Position numbers and translations under genes: made by a program. From assembly GCF_018350175.1 (NCBI RefSeq), contig NC_058369.1, positions 117,738,001 to 117,802,000 of the forward strand: DNA of 64,000 nt, in the 5' to 3' direction. This DNA comes from Felis catus. Taxonomy: Eukaryota. Of this stretch, positions 13,449 through 26,137 are shown in pieces (within the stretch, counting starts at the first letter, position 1; the number at the start of each line of letters is the position of its first letter). A model generated the notes under the pieces. It was not told where the DNA came from and made no database searches. It saw only the letters and a program-made list of their open reading frames with translations.

Positions 13449-14369
13449 GGTACCGTGTTTTTTAACATTATCTATTATCTCAGGACTGTGGGTGTGTTAG
13501 CTGCTTTGTTTTATTTTGTTTTTCATTTCCTTCACATTCGCCTCCAGCCTCTTTGCATGAAATCTGTAAGGGATAAGACACCACAAGGACAGTCCCTCAA
13601 AGCTATCCCAGGAAGGAGCCCTAACAAGATTTCAGAGCTTGGTCTGCAAATGTTTCACTGGAATCTTGACGCTCATATGATGCTGTTCTTGTGAGGCAAC
13701 ACAGCATCGTAGAAAAGACATGGAATATGAAGTTCGACTGGGTTTGAGTTCTGAATCTGCTCAAGTCCTCAAGGGTTGCAGCCACTGAATTCTCTTGTCC
13801 AGAACCCACCTTCCTTCTTTATCATGTCACATTGGCAGACCTCTTTGATGACTCTCGTAGCCTGAAGACTACAGGTACAAGAGGAGGCATTTGTTGGTCG
13901 TTACCTTAAGTTCTCTCAGGAGTGAGCATTGGCTGTAAGTCAGTAACAGAGAATCAGTTCGTCAGAAACTAATTTGCTAAAAATCAATTACCAAATAATC
14001 CATTTATCTAAACGCCCCATTTGATACATTTTCCAACTTCACTAACTTAGTGAAACTGGTTTCTTTCAACTGTTTGTAGAGTTTACAGATACTCGTATTG
14101 AGCAGAATGATTTTCAACAGCTATTGAAACAGGATTTCTTCAAAGTTATAGTTAACTGTGTTTCATTTTCTCTTTGTAACATGTTAGGACATATTCTGTT
14201 GGTCAAAAGGAAAGAATTGCAGGGTGGTTTGGTCTCTTTAGGAATATATTTCATGTTAGCAAAATACATGTCATTGTTAATAACCAAACGTCATTGTTTT
14301 ACAAGGTAATCTTTTGGTTTATGCTGATTTCTTGATCATATTCTTTTATGTAATTTTCTGTCTTGTTCC

Positions 14370-14826
14370 AAATTCAAATCAAGACTCTGCCACTTAGTCC
14401 CTGGGTATCCCTGGCCAAGCTGCCTCATCATCTCTCTGTGCTTTATTTCCCTCAACTGCAAAGTAGAAATAATTATAGCCTCTCTTTCACAGGGCTGTTA
14501 GGAGGATTAATCTAGCTTATTAATAATACATGTAGGAGCGCCTGGGTGGCTCAGTCGGTTGGGCGACCGACTTTGGCTCAGGTCATGGTCTCACAGTTTG
14601 TGAGTTCAAGCCCCGCGTCGGGCTCTGTGCTGACAGCTGGGAGCCTGGAGCCTGCTTCGGATTCTGTGTCTCCCTCTCTCTCTCTGCCCCTCCCCTGCTC
14701 ACACTCGGTGTCTCTCTGTCTCTCAGTAATATATAAACATTAAAAAAAATTTTTTAATAATACATATACAGGGCTTAGAACAGCAATTGATATATGTAAG
14801 GCTCAAATGAATGTAAACTATTATTA
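14370..14826 (+). mobile_element. MIR interrupted by a feline SINE
   Basis: MIR core (ctctgccactta...cagggctgttaggaggatta) resumes after the SINE (gcttagaacag...ctattatta). Confidence 0.8.
14535..14754 (+). mobile_element. Feline SINE
   Basis: TSD taataatacatgta 14521-14534 / taataatacatata 14755-14768. Confidence 0.95.
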
Positions 14827-17800
14827 CAACTTTATTTTTTTCTTATTATAACTTTAAAAAAGACCACATCAAAGCACATCTTTCGACATTTAGGTCATCT
14901 TCAATGGATTTTGAAAATTCCTTACTTTGATACACTCTACACCCCTGCCCCCAAGAAAAGTCCTTTCTTGCTCTCTGGTACTGTGACAGCACCTTGAACA
15001 GACCTCTACAAAAATATGTGTTTATATCTACATCCCCACTGGCCCGTGTTCAGAGACCGCCGTCTGTTCATCCCTGTAAGCCATGGGGCCCCTGTGCTTG
15101 CCAGCACGGTGCTCAGTCTTCGATGCTTGGTAAGCTTCCCACGAACCTTTGCCGAATGAACACGTGAATGGTACAAATGGACCTAGCACATCTTAGGAAG
15201 GGTTACTAGTGTCTGGGCTCATCCCCTCTGTGTTGGCTCTTACTGCCTTCTGTTCAAAGGGTCGCCTTTTTGTGAACACTTGCCCTCATTCTGGAATACG
15301 CTCTTTCGAACAAACAGCTCCCATCTCCACTTAACACTAGCCCCCTTCCCTTGGAGCCGAGAAGCAGTATTACATTACCAGGCATTCTCGTTCTCAGAGG
15401 TGCCTTCCTGAGATGAGGTGTAAATTAATGCCAGCCTGACCACTCTGGGTCATTAAAGACCAGATGGTAATTTTTGCAAGAGGAGCAACTGATCCTTACT
15501 GGCCTGGCCCAAGTCCCACCTGGATAATTGCCTCCTGCCTACACAATATCCCCCCTCGCGTTTCAGACACAGAAATGATTTTCATTTCATCCTCTGAAAG
15601 CTAGCCAGGCAGGGCTGTGCTGGCGTCCCCCCCTCTCCACTGCTGTTGAGTGGGCGCATTGTAGCAAAGCAACGTTCCTCTGGGGGATCCGCAAAGTGCA
15701 CTACGGCGAGAAGGGTGGGCAATAGAAATCTAAGTGGTTTAATAATATATTTGGAAAAATAAGACTTAGTCATCTTAAGTGAAAACACTTCATCTCCATT
15801 ACATTCTTTTAAGCCACAAGATTGATCAGAGAAGAAAAAAGTCTAATTTGGACATGGATTATCTTTTGCTGGAATTATAGAAGTATAGCTCATCCTCAGC
15901 CTAGGCGGACCCTGGAGTGGGTCCACTTTTGACGTTAAATCTACCTACGGCAATCAGGGATGGGTTTCTGCTGGAGTAAATTCCATTTCTTACGACTATC
16001 CAGGGAAGCCGAATGATACAGCAAGAACCTTGGATGCTTCCTCAGCATGTAATTGCCTACACAGGAGAAGATCTGACTGGCAGGATGAATGGAACAGATC
16101 AGTCTGACCAGGAAACAGCGAGGGCCAAGCACCAAGGTCAAGAGCCCCCAGAGTTGACTGATTGGCACAAAGGTAAACAGACCGAGCACTAGGCATAAAT
16201 GAGCAAGAACTGGTTGGGAACACCGTCCCCAGGTGGCCTGCAGGTCCTGACCCTTTTGCATGAGATTATCCAGAGCATGCTGGATTCACTTGAAGGGGGG
16301 AAATGTTCTTAAAGTGGTTTACGGTTATGTATTAGCTTGCCACTCTCAGGAAAACCTGAGGTTCAGAATTCTCTAAGCCTCCCTTTGTGTCCTTGGCCCA
16401 AGCTATGGTTTCTATGGAATGGGCTAAAACATATTTTCTCCACCCAGAAAATGCCATTGGGCCGCAGAGGACCACTGTGTAGCTCACTGCAGGGCCGCGG
16501 GGGAGCCCTGACTTGCCCACAAACACATTCTCTTCCCCAGTGGCCTTGGCTCAAACCTGGCGTGGAGAAGCTACGTCTTGAGTCGAGCTAATACTGAGTA
16601 ATAAAGCTTCCTGGGAACGCAAGACTGCCAAAGTTTAAGTGGTGGGTTTTTACAACCAGGATTATGGTCCATTAAGGGACGAGGATGAAAACACAGCCCG
16701 TTTCATTTTGATCTCTTGTCTAGGCTGAACCACCATTCTCTTTCCAATTAAAGTCCCACAAGGAAAATGCTGATGTTTCTCCTCCAGAAACCAGCTTTTT
16801 GGCACTTTCCCAAAGAACCCACCATGGTCTGAAGCCACAGGTTCACAGCACTGAGATTCCGTGGCTTTGTTTTCTCCAAGAGGATAAAAGGCCTATAAAT
16901 GATAGACGTTTTCAACTGTTATTTTTGCACTAGGAAAGAAAATACATAAAATATATTCTCTCAGAATGGGACATGAGAACTGTATGTCATTTGATCACAG
17001 GGAAATGGGGGTTCTTCCCATTGATGACATTCCTGCCTTTGCGGTGTGAAGGGGCATATGGACAACCGGCCATCACGGTGAAGCCCCCATGACCATGAAC
17101 TACAATTCGGCTTCTACCTTAACTTGCCCCATGGCTCAGGGGATGGACCTGAACAACCCAGCCTCTCCATTCTTCTCACACCAGTAAATTCCAAAATTGA
17201 CTGTCCTGCATGGCAAGGAAGAGGTCCCTCCATTCTAGACATGGGTGTGGTCATTTTGGGGAGCAAGATGCACAGGCACCTTTAAGAACATTCTAGACAA
17301 ATCCTAACGGGTATGAACACTGACAAGGAGAAAATTAGGAGCTTCTATTAAACAACTGAGGAAGGCTTGAGTGTGTCCTACCCTTCAGGGTGTGTTGATA
17401 TAATGAGCTACCCTTTAGATTTTTCCAGTAATAAATAAAAGGAAGCTTCATATCACGTACTCAAATAAATTTCAATCTAACCAAAGAAATCTCGTATCTA
17501 CATAAGAAATCTCTCAAAGGCTATTTGAAATGAAGTAAATTTAAAAAAAAAACAATAAATTATTTTTGTGAGAAATATTGAAGAACCATCTCAGGAAAGA
17601 CATCTAGTAAGTTGTAAAATAAAGTTATCTTCCGGTAAACATGAGAAGGCCCAGCTTTTCCCAAGAAAGTTAAGTAATTTTCTTTTTCCTGAGAATGTTT
17701 TATCAAGCAATGAGATTCCAAATAAATTTGAGTTGAAAACAAACTGAACTGGAAGTCCCAATATCACCTAGCTTATGTGTGTCCTATTATGTCAATGCAT

Positions 17801-17849
17801 ATCAGAAAACACATTCACCTATTTCTAAAGATAAGAAGAAAAACATCTT

Positions 17850-18058
17850 GGGGCCCCTGGGTGGCTCAGTCAGTTAAGCTGCCGACTTCGGCTCAGGTCA
17901 CCATCTCACGGTTCAGGAGTTCGAGCCCTGTGTCGGGCTCTGTGCTGACAGTGCAGGGCCTGGAGCCTGCTTCAGATTCTGTGTCTCCCTCTCTCTCTGT
18001 CCCTTCCCCACTCATGATCTGTCTCTCAAAAATAAACTTAAAAAACAAAAAAAAAGAA
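17850..18058 (+). mobile_element. Feline SINE
   Basis: TSD aagaagaaaaacatc / aagaagaaacacatc. Confidence 0.95.
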
Positions 18059-18574
18059 AAGAAGAAACACATCCTTCATAGACAACTAGAACCAAATACT
18101 TTTAATAATCCTTCTAATTCTAAAATTAAGGATACAAATCCCTGCAACAAGTATGGCTTGAAACAAATTGTTTTCTGTCTCTCCCCTTCTGTTCCCAAGC
18201 CCCACTCCAAAATACACTTGTCCAAAATGATGACCTGGTGTAAATCAGGAGAATAGAGAGTGTGAGATACAATATTTCCATGGGAAAGGTTTTCTTTTTT
18301 TCCTCATCCAAGCTTCAGTATTTTGAGAATGAGGGAAAAGGAAAGATGTCTGTGGACCGTGGACTTGGGTTATCCCCTGGCTGGTAATTATGTGAGAAAG
18401 TTTTTCTGAGTGAGACTTTCTTCCACCCAGCGGTGTCCAAGGAAGGCAGAGGTGGTTCCCTGGATACAATGAACTTGGAAAGTTGATGCTATTGAAATTT
18501 GAATGTGGAGTCTGTTTTTATGTAATTGCATATGGACAGATAAATTGCAAATGGCCATCAAAAAAAAAAAAACA

Positions 18575-18575
<1 letters not shown>

Positions 18576-18605
<30 letters not shown>
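18576..18605. repeat. (CA)n microsatellite following an A run
   Basis: Direct inspection. Confidence 0.95.
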
Positions 18606-18608
<3 letters not shown>

Positions 18609-18686
18609 TTCTTTCAAGCTATCATACTCTAAAGATAACTAAATGCACTGCTGGAATTTTCAGGGTGAATCAATATTGTTAGAAGG

Positions 18687-19072
18687 ATCTTTTAGTCTGC
18701 TAAGGTTGCCATCACAAAATACCACGGACCAGGTGGCTTAAATAACAAAAAAATTTGTTTCTCACCGCTCTTGATCTCTCAAAGATCAAGGTGCCAGGGG
18801 TCAGTGTTTGGTGAAAGCTCTTTCGGTGGGTTACAGGCAACCACCTTCTAGCCGTATCTTCACAGGATGGAGAGAGAGAGAGAAAGACAGAGGAATCTCT
18901 GATTTCTCTTCTTGTAAGGACACTAATTTTACCAGATCAGGATTCCACTCTCATGACTTCATTTAACCTGAATTATTTCTATAAAGACCCTCTCTCTAAA
19001 TACAGCCACACTAGGGGCTCAGGACCTCAACATATGAATGGGAAGGGGGGAGGCACAATTCAGTCCATAGCA
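18687..19072 (-). mobile_element. MLT1A-like MaLR solo LTR
   Basis: Hallmarks: ccatcacaaaataccac...ggtggcttaaataaca...gatcaaggtgcca...caattcagtccatagca. Confidence 0.88.
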
Positions 19073-20379
19073 GAGGGGCGTATTTAAAATATTTAACTAT
19101 TGGGCACAGGCCCCAACCAATTAGAACAGATACTTGCCAAATCTGATCGGATTGCAGTTGGACTGGTGCACACTGGCAGAACATTCACTCTGCCCCTCAA
19201 ACCTAGAAGGAACAGAAGAAACAAAAGTCCTCCTCTTCTTGGCCTCCTCGTGGAAAAATCCCCACCGTGCTTGTTAAGAGATGGCTTCTGTTACATAGTG
19301 CATTGCCCCAAAATGTAAAACTAGGTCTTATCCGTTCACGTGAAAGTAAATGTGCTGCTTTATCAATAGAAACATTCTAATGCATCAACCTGTTAATAGC
19401 ATTTATCTGGAAGGAAGGGAATTGTAGGAAACTTTGACTTTATAGACTGCGTGGTTTTACCATGTGCACATATTATTTTGTATTCAAGAAACATAAACAA
19501 ATATTTCGACCTATTTTACATTTGTAAATATGCCCACACTTTAGTCCTTAAAATTCTAAAGGAATGAGCTACGTAGCTACAGAGTTTTGAGAGTGGATCT
19601 GTTCTAAATATAAGAACAACCTTTCATTCGTGGGGATCATTTACTCCTTGCTCCTGGGTTGTTGGTTTTTAACGATAAGAATGACAAATTTCAGAATGAG
19701 AGACTGAAATGTTTAAGAAGACAATTCTGATGATATTCGAGAGTGGCTGTCAGGAGGGTCCCCTCACTCTTTAAGCATGGTTACAGTCTCTCGTCCCTAA
19801 GAAATGAAATCACTCTTTCTCTTTCTCAGCATTTGAAGAAAGGAAGACTTCTTGTCCCTAGAGGAGATGTTATATCAACAAGGTAGACAACCCAGATCTT
19901 GTTGCCATATGGACTTCCTGTTTGATATTTGTGCTCATTTCACAACCCTCAAACTGCAAGGCAGTTAGCATCCCATCCACCAAATGCTAGAATCACCTGC
20001 TGGGCATTGGGACATTTCCAAATTCTCTCCGAGGGGTAGTCCAGCGGACAACCACTGCGTTTAACTAAGCTGGACGACTCTTAGCCTCTAAAACACTCCA
20101 CACAATACTATGCCTCTGGGTCACTGCACATTCTGTTCCTTATAACTGAAATGTTCATCTGACCTTTCTTCCTCACCTGATGCATCTTCCCTAATTCTGA
20201 AAAGGCTTCATCCATCTTTCCCCTGCCACAGATCCCATGCTGCATTTTGAATATTGCCTAGAGTAGCCAATGGGTTCATGTACAAACTGAAACCTGTCTA
20301 ATGGGGGCTTTGAACTGTGTGGAATCTGGAAGCAGGTGAATTCAACACTTTTAGCAGCTCAACTTTACTATTGAAAATT

Positions 20380-20605
20380 CATACTTATTCCTTCCTTCAG
20401 CTCTACCATCTTAAGCATTTTGGCTTTTCTTGCTAATTGCCTCATGGTTGCAAGATGGCTGCTAGAGCTCTAGCATCATATTTTCACAGAACTATTGCAA
20501 TTAACAAAGAAGAGGATAATCAGAAGGCTTTATCCCCAATGTATTTTGTATTTTTTATCTGAGAAGTAAATCTGTCCCCACAGACATCCTCCACATCTCA
20601 TTATA
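20380..20605. mobile_element. Old MLT1 LTR fragment
   Basis: ctcatggttgcaagatggctgc motif typical of MLT1J/K/L; boundaries approximate. Confidence 0.55.
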
Positions 20606-20772
20606 ATCTATTATAGTTTATAATAGATTAAGTTACTGTTGCTTAAAAAATAAAATTGCTCCTTAGTGTAGAGATACCACTTATTTAATATCTTTGGAAT
20701 TAAGATCACCTTGTGAAGGGGGCAAGGGTGGAAACCAAAAGGTTTTGAATCCATCAAATGCCCTGTCATTCA

Positions 20773-22239
20773 CAGTATGGTATTGGCACAAAAACAAATG
20801 CATAGGCCAATGGAATAGAATAGAGATGCCAGAATTGGACCCACAAATGTATGGTCAACTAATCTTTGACAAAGCAGGAAAGTGCATCCAATAGAAAAAA
20901 GACAGTCTCTTTAGCAAATGGTGCTGGGAGAACTGGACAGCAACATGCAAAAGAATGAAAATGGGCCACTTTCTTACACCATACACAAAAATAAACTCAA
21001 AATGGTTGAAAGACCTAAATGTGAGACAAGAAACCATCAGAACCCTAGAGGAGAAAACAGGCAACAATCTCTCTGACCTCAGCCACAGAGGCTTCTTACT
21101 CAACATGTCTCTGAAGACAAGGGAAATAAAAGCAAAAATGAACTATTGGGACCTCATCAAGATAAAAAGTTTCTGCACAGCAAATGAATCAATCAACAAA
21201 ACTAAAAGGCAACCGACAGAATGGGAAAAGATATTTGCAAATGACATATCGGATAAAGGATTAGTATCCAAAATCTATAAAGAATTTACCAAACTCGACA
21301 CCCAAAAAACAAATAATCCAGTGAAAAAATGGGCAGAAGACATGAATAGACACTTCTCTAAAGACGACATCCAGACAGCCAACAGACACATGAAATGATG
21401 CTCAACGTCACTCCTCATCAGGGAAATACAAATCAAAACCACATTGAGATTCTACCTTACACCTGTCAGAATGGCTAACATTAAAAACTCAGGAAAAATC
21501 AGATGTTGACAAAGACGTGGAGAAACGGGAACCCTCTTGCACTGTTGGTGGGAATGCAAATTGGTGCAGCCACTCTGGAAAACAGTGTGGAGGTTCCTCA
21601 AAAAATTAAAAATAGACCTACCCTATGACCCAGCAGTAGCACTGCTAGGAATTTACCCCAGGGATACAGGAGTGCTGATGCATAGGGGCACTTGTACCCC
21701 AATGTTTATAGCAGCACTTTCAACAATAGCCAAATNNNNNNNNNNNNNNNNNNNNNNNNNNNNNNNNNNNNNNNNNNNNNNNNNNNNNNNNNNNNNNNNN
21801 NNNNNNNNNNNNNNNNNNNNNNNNNNNNNNNNNNNNNNNNNNNNNNNNNNNNNNNNNNNNNNNNNNNNNNNNNNNNNNNNNNNNNNNNNNNNNNNNNNNN
21901 NNNNNNNNNNATATCCTATGTTTTCACTTATATGTGGAACTTGAGAAACTTAACAGAAGACATGGGGGAGGGGAAGGGGAAAAATGGTTACAAACATAGA
22001 GGGAGGGAGGCAAACCAGAAGAGACTCTTAAATACAGACAACAAACTGAGGGCTGGGGTGGGGGGGAGGACTGGGGGATAGGGGAAAATGGGTGATGGGC
22101 ATTGAGTAGGGCACCTGTTGGGATGAGCACTGGGTGTTATATGTAATTGATGAATCACAGGAATCTACCCCCAAAACCAAGAGCACACTGTATACAATGT
22201 ATGTTAGCTAACTTGACAATAAATTATATTTAAAAAAAA
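20773..22239 (+). mobile_element. 5'-truncated felid L1 (ORF2 C-terminus with stops, 3' UTR, poly-A), with N-run 21736-21910
   Basis: ORF2 peptides [32 protein letters not shown]; in-frame stops. G-rich 3' UTR, aataaa plus A tail. TSD core ccctgtcattca / ccctgtcgttca. Confidence 0.97.
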
Positions 22240-22339
22240 AAACTCCCTGTCGTTCAAAATTGTGCCCTTACTTACCCCTTAGGGATGCAGGACCACTCCA
22301 TAATTACATGACGATAATAAAATAACTGTTTCTATTTTA

Positions 22340-22500
22340 CATACCACTTTGCAAAGTCATTTAATCTTAACATCTACCCTGGAGGTAAATAACATTATCC
22401 TTAATTTACAAGGGAGAACAGAGGTTGAAAGAGGGTAAGTCCCTTGCTTGAGTCCGCAAGTAGCTCAAGTGAGGCTGCACCTCAGGTCTACCTAACTGCA
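22340..22500 (-). mobile_element. MIR remnant
   Basis: catttaatctt...attatccttaatttaca...gaggttgaaagagggtaagt. Confidence 0.6.
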
Positions 22501-23788
22501 CCTGCTCCCATCATGCCCTGCTCTCTTTCCCCCCCAGCGCCCCTCTGAGCTAGAAATAGCTAAAATTTTGGGTAAGACTCCATGAAATCCCCTAACCTTA
22601 CCACTCTCAAAGAAATGAATAAGGTTCCCCCTTCTCCAAGCAATTACAAGATCAGTGCATCATCTGGACTGCAAGAAGGAGCCAGGAAATAGTCTGTCTA
22701 GCCCTGCTCTAAAGTGGACTGACGGACGCGTTGTGAGAGAACATTTCGGGGTTTCATTGGGCCAAGGGGCCCCACTTCTTTTAAAAGTAGAAAGATGATA
22801 AGTATTTGGTTATTATCATGAAATCCAGCGAGTATTAAATAAAAGTGTTCATTAAGGTTCCCAAAGGGGTTGGCTTCTAAACAAAACACAAAATCAGACA
22901 TAAATGTCTACAGAAAATCTAGCCACTTCACTGACTAGTTAATGAAATAATACAACACTAGACTCATATGTTGTTCCAAGTAAACATAACAGATGCAGGC
23001 CCTTTTTAAACTCATATGCCCTATTATTAAGAGCACTAATAGAAATGTTCCCTGAATGTTTATAAGGTGTTTGCTCAGTTTCTGTACCGAAAATCAGTGT
23101 ACTGATTTCTATACTGAAAATCGTCTCGGCACTGAAAATATTTCATGCCCAACAGTTATACAAAACCACTATTTCTTCAGTTTATAGCCTCTCTTAATCT
23201 CTTTGTGGAAATCTCCAGACCTCAACTACATTCCTTGAAATTTTACAGGGCACAAGAGGAACAGAAATCAGCTCAAAATGAATATGTGTATTCAGAAATG
23301 CACTGAGATTTTTCCAACTTTTCAGGTTCCTCATACAAATTAATCTTCTTAAGGGCCCTGGTGGTCTCTGAATCACTGCTTCACTCCCCCACCATGCAGC
23401 TCCCCCATTGTATCCTCTTGATAGGAGTAACTGCCAGATCATTAGGGAAGAAAAAGTTTATTGAGTCAAATCTGGGAAGGCCCGCACAAGGTCAGGAACA
23501 GGTACCACCAGTTTTATATAATTTTCGCATCTGCACCAATTTGATTTAAGGCTATAAGTGGAATTTATTGGTAAGCATCGTGTTGTAAAAAGTGGTTTAT
23601 ACCATATTGTCTCATATTTATTATGATTCAGTCAAAAGTGAATTGTACACATGCCATCTGCAATGTGCTGATACAATGGAGGGGGAAAATGGCTCTTGAA
23701 AAGCACATTCGTTCTCCTTTCCATTGTCTCTAATAGTTTACTTAGGTGGAAGAAGAACTGCTTTCATGTTAAAATTGTATCTTTTCCT

Positions 23789-24009
23789 GGGGCGCCTGGG
23801 TGGCGCAGTCGGTTAAGCGTCCGACTTCAGCCAGGTCACGATCTCGCGGTCCGTGAGATCGAGCCCCGTGTCAGGCTCTGGGCTGATGGCTCGGAGCCTG
23901 GAGCCTGTTTCCGATTCTGTGTCTCCCTCTCTCTCTGCCCCTCCCCCGTTCATGCTCTGTCTCTCTCTGTCCCAAAAATAAATAAACGTCGAAAGAAAAA
24001 TAAAAAAAA
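23789..24009 (+). mobile_element. Young feline SINE
   Basis: Perfect 18-bp TSD aaaattgtatcttttcct 23771-23788 / 24010-24027. Confidence 0.97.
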
Positions 24010-24061
24010 AAAATTGTATCTTTTCCTGTGGCATGGATTACTAATGAAAATCATTAGAATA

Positions 24062-24097
24062 GAAGAAGAAGAAGAAGAAGAAGAAGAAGAAGAAGAA
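24062..24097. repeat. (GAA)12 trinucleotide repeat
   Basis: Direct count. Confidence 0.97.
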
Positions 24098-24466
24098 GGT
24101 AAAAGAATAGAGAAGTTGAACATGATGTATTAGGACAGTGGTAATAGAGAAGAACAGAATTGTTTGAGCAAAATGTGTAAGATAAAGAAATTGTTTAGAC
24201 TCTCCAAGAAAAAAAAAAATGTGTAGAAATGCTGGATAAAACTTTCTAGAATTTCAAATTCCGAACAACAACTACAACAAGTTACTCACTTAGCATTCCT
24301 TATTTAGATTGTCTATCAGGAGCTGGTGACATTTCAAAAACTACCCGAGTGGCTTGTCCCCATGCCACGGGAGTGCTCGGGGAGAGAAGGAAGTGAGCAC
24401 CTAACCACACTCTTCAGCAGGATGACAAGGAAAAGGCCACTGAAATCTTCTCTGGGTTCCTTTTTA

Positions 24467-24705
24467 TTTTATTTTATTTTATTTTATTTTTAATTTTTTT
24501 TTCAATGTTTATTTATTTTGGGGACAGAGAGAGACAGAGCATGAACGGGGGAGGGGCAGAGAGAGAGGGAGACACAGAATCGGAAACAGGCTCCAGGCTC
24601 CGAGCCATCAGCCCAGAGCCTGACGCGGGGCTTGAACTCCCGGACTGTGAGATCGTGACCTGGCTGAAGTCGGACGCTTAACTGACTGTGCCACCCAGGC
24701 GCCCC
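24467..24705 (-). mobile_element. Young feline SINE with (ATTTT)n tail
   Basis: Perfect TSD tctgggttccttttta 24451-24466 / 24706-24721. Confidence 0.97.
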
Positions 24706-24964
24706 TCTGGGTTCCTTTTTAGAAGGCAAATCAGACATTATCATTTTCTTCTACACCAGCTTTGCCATTTTCCCTCAGAAATGTAAAAGTCCCTCTTTGA
24801 TACATCTGAGTCACTGATTCTCCAATCCCGAGGCTCAATAACACACCCCCTAAGTTGATGGGAGCGTCACGACCCCCCCTCAGACTACAACCAGGTTCCC
24901 AGATTCTCTCTAGCTTATTCCTCCATTAATATGTTCTTCTTTGTGGCTGTAATTTTTCTAAAGG

Positions 24965-25205
24965 ATTTTTTTTATTTTAATTTTTTTTTTTTAGTTTACC
25001 TATTTTGAGAAAGAGAAAGAGAGCGTGCCTGTGTGTGCGTGAACAGGGGAAGGGCAGACAGAGGGAGAGAGAGAGAATCCCAAGCAGGCTCCATGCTGTT
25101 AGCACAGACCCCCAACACAGGGCTCTACCTCACAAACCGTGAGACCATGACCTGAGCCAAAATCAAGAGTCAGATGCTCGATCGACGGAGCCACCCAGGC
25201 ATCCC
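24965..25205 (-). mobile_element. Carnivore SINE
   Basis: Reverse CanSINE body and T-rich tail. Confidence 0.92.
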
Positions 25206-25454
25206 AGAAAATTTACTTCTTAATTGATTGATGCTGTGAAAGAGTTGAAGACTCAGGACCAGATGCGCCCCTAGTAGCCGCCTCAGCGTTGAGACAGTGA
25301 GTTTAGTTTGGCCATTTCTCCACTCCATTTTTTTACAGAGGTCCCTCGAAGGTCATAGGCACACTGGCTGCTTTTAGCTAGGTTTTGGATTGTTTTTCTC
25401 TGCCGCTTACCATTCACCAGGTGGTTCAATATCCTAAATGGTCTTTTTAAACAA

Positions 25455-25660
25455 CGTATGGGGATGAAATGATATGATGTCTGAGATTTACCTCAAAATA
25501 TTCCAGGGCATGGGGGAAATCAGGGAGCTATAAATGAAACAAGATCGGCCATAAGTTGGTAATTTGGGAACCTGGGTGCTGGATGCAAAGGTGATTTATT
25601 ACACTTTTCTCTCTACTTTTGTATATACTTAAAAGTTCCCACAATAAAAGGCATTTAAAT
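25455..25660 (+). mobile_element. Ancient L1 3' end (L1MC/L1ME-like)
   Basis: gatgaaatgatatgatgtctgagattt...gaaacaagat...ctctacttttgtatat...cacaataaaa. Confidence 0.7.
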
Positions 25661-26137
25661 GCTATTGTTAGGAAGCGGTCGTGTTGTTTTGGGTTTTGTT
25701 TTGTTGTAGTTTCATTTTGGAGAACTGACATGTAGCTCTCTAGTGGACGGCCAGACTAATGGTCTGGTCCATTCTGAATGGCTGTGGCAGGGTGGCCCTT
25801 TGCAAACAGAGTAAGGGCACAGACACTTCATTTTATTATAAGCAGATGCTGCTACTGATCTATGAGCCAAAGGCAACATGAAGTCCCATGAAACCCATGC
25901 CGTGGGATTCCCTTTGAGGCAGAATTCAATCTGTTGCTCACAGAAGGCCACTTGGAGACAGCCCCCAGCAGCTCCACCCCACCCACACCTGCAAGTGACT
26001 CACAGGGGATTAACTGGTTGAGGAGAAGAGGCTGGGGACCCATGGAGAGGAGGGGAGAGGGGGAGGGAGGGGATGGGGCATGAAGGATGCCTAACTTCTA
26101 AGGGAACTCTTCTTTTCAGCTCAACAATGGAAAGCTA

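Noticed and set aside
23696-24133. ORF with a poly-Glu tract
   Set aside because: Chimera of a SINE translation and the (GAA)12 microsatellite.
25264-25280. CTCF-like tgcgcccctagtagcc
   Set aside because: One C short of the core spacing with further mismatches; much weaker than the 56442 site.
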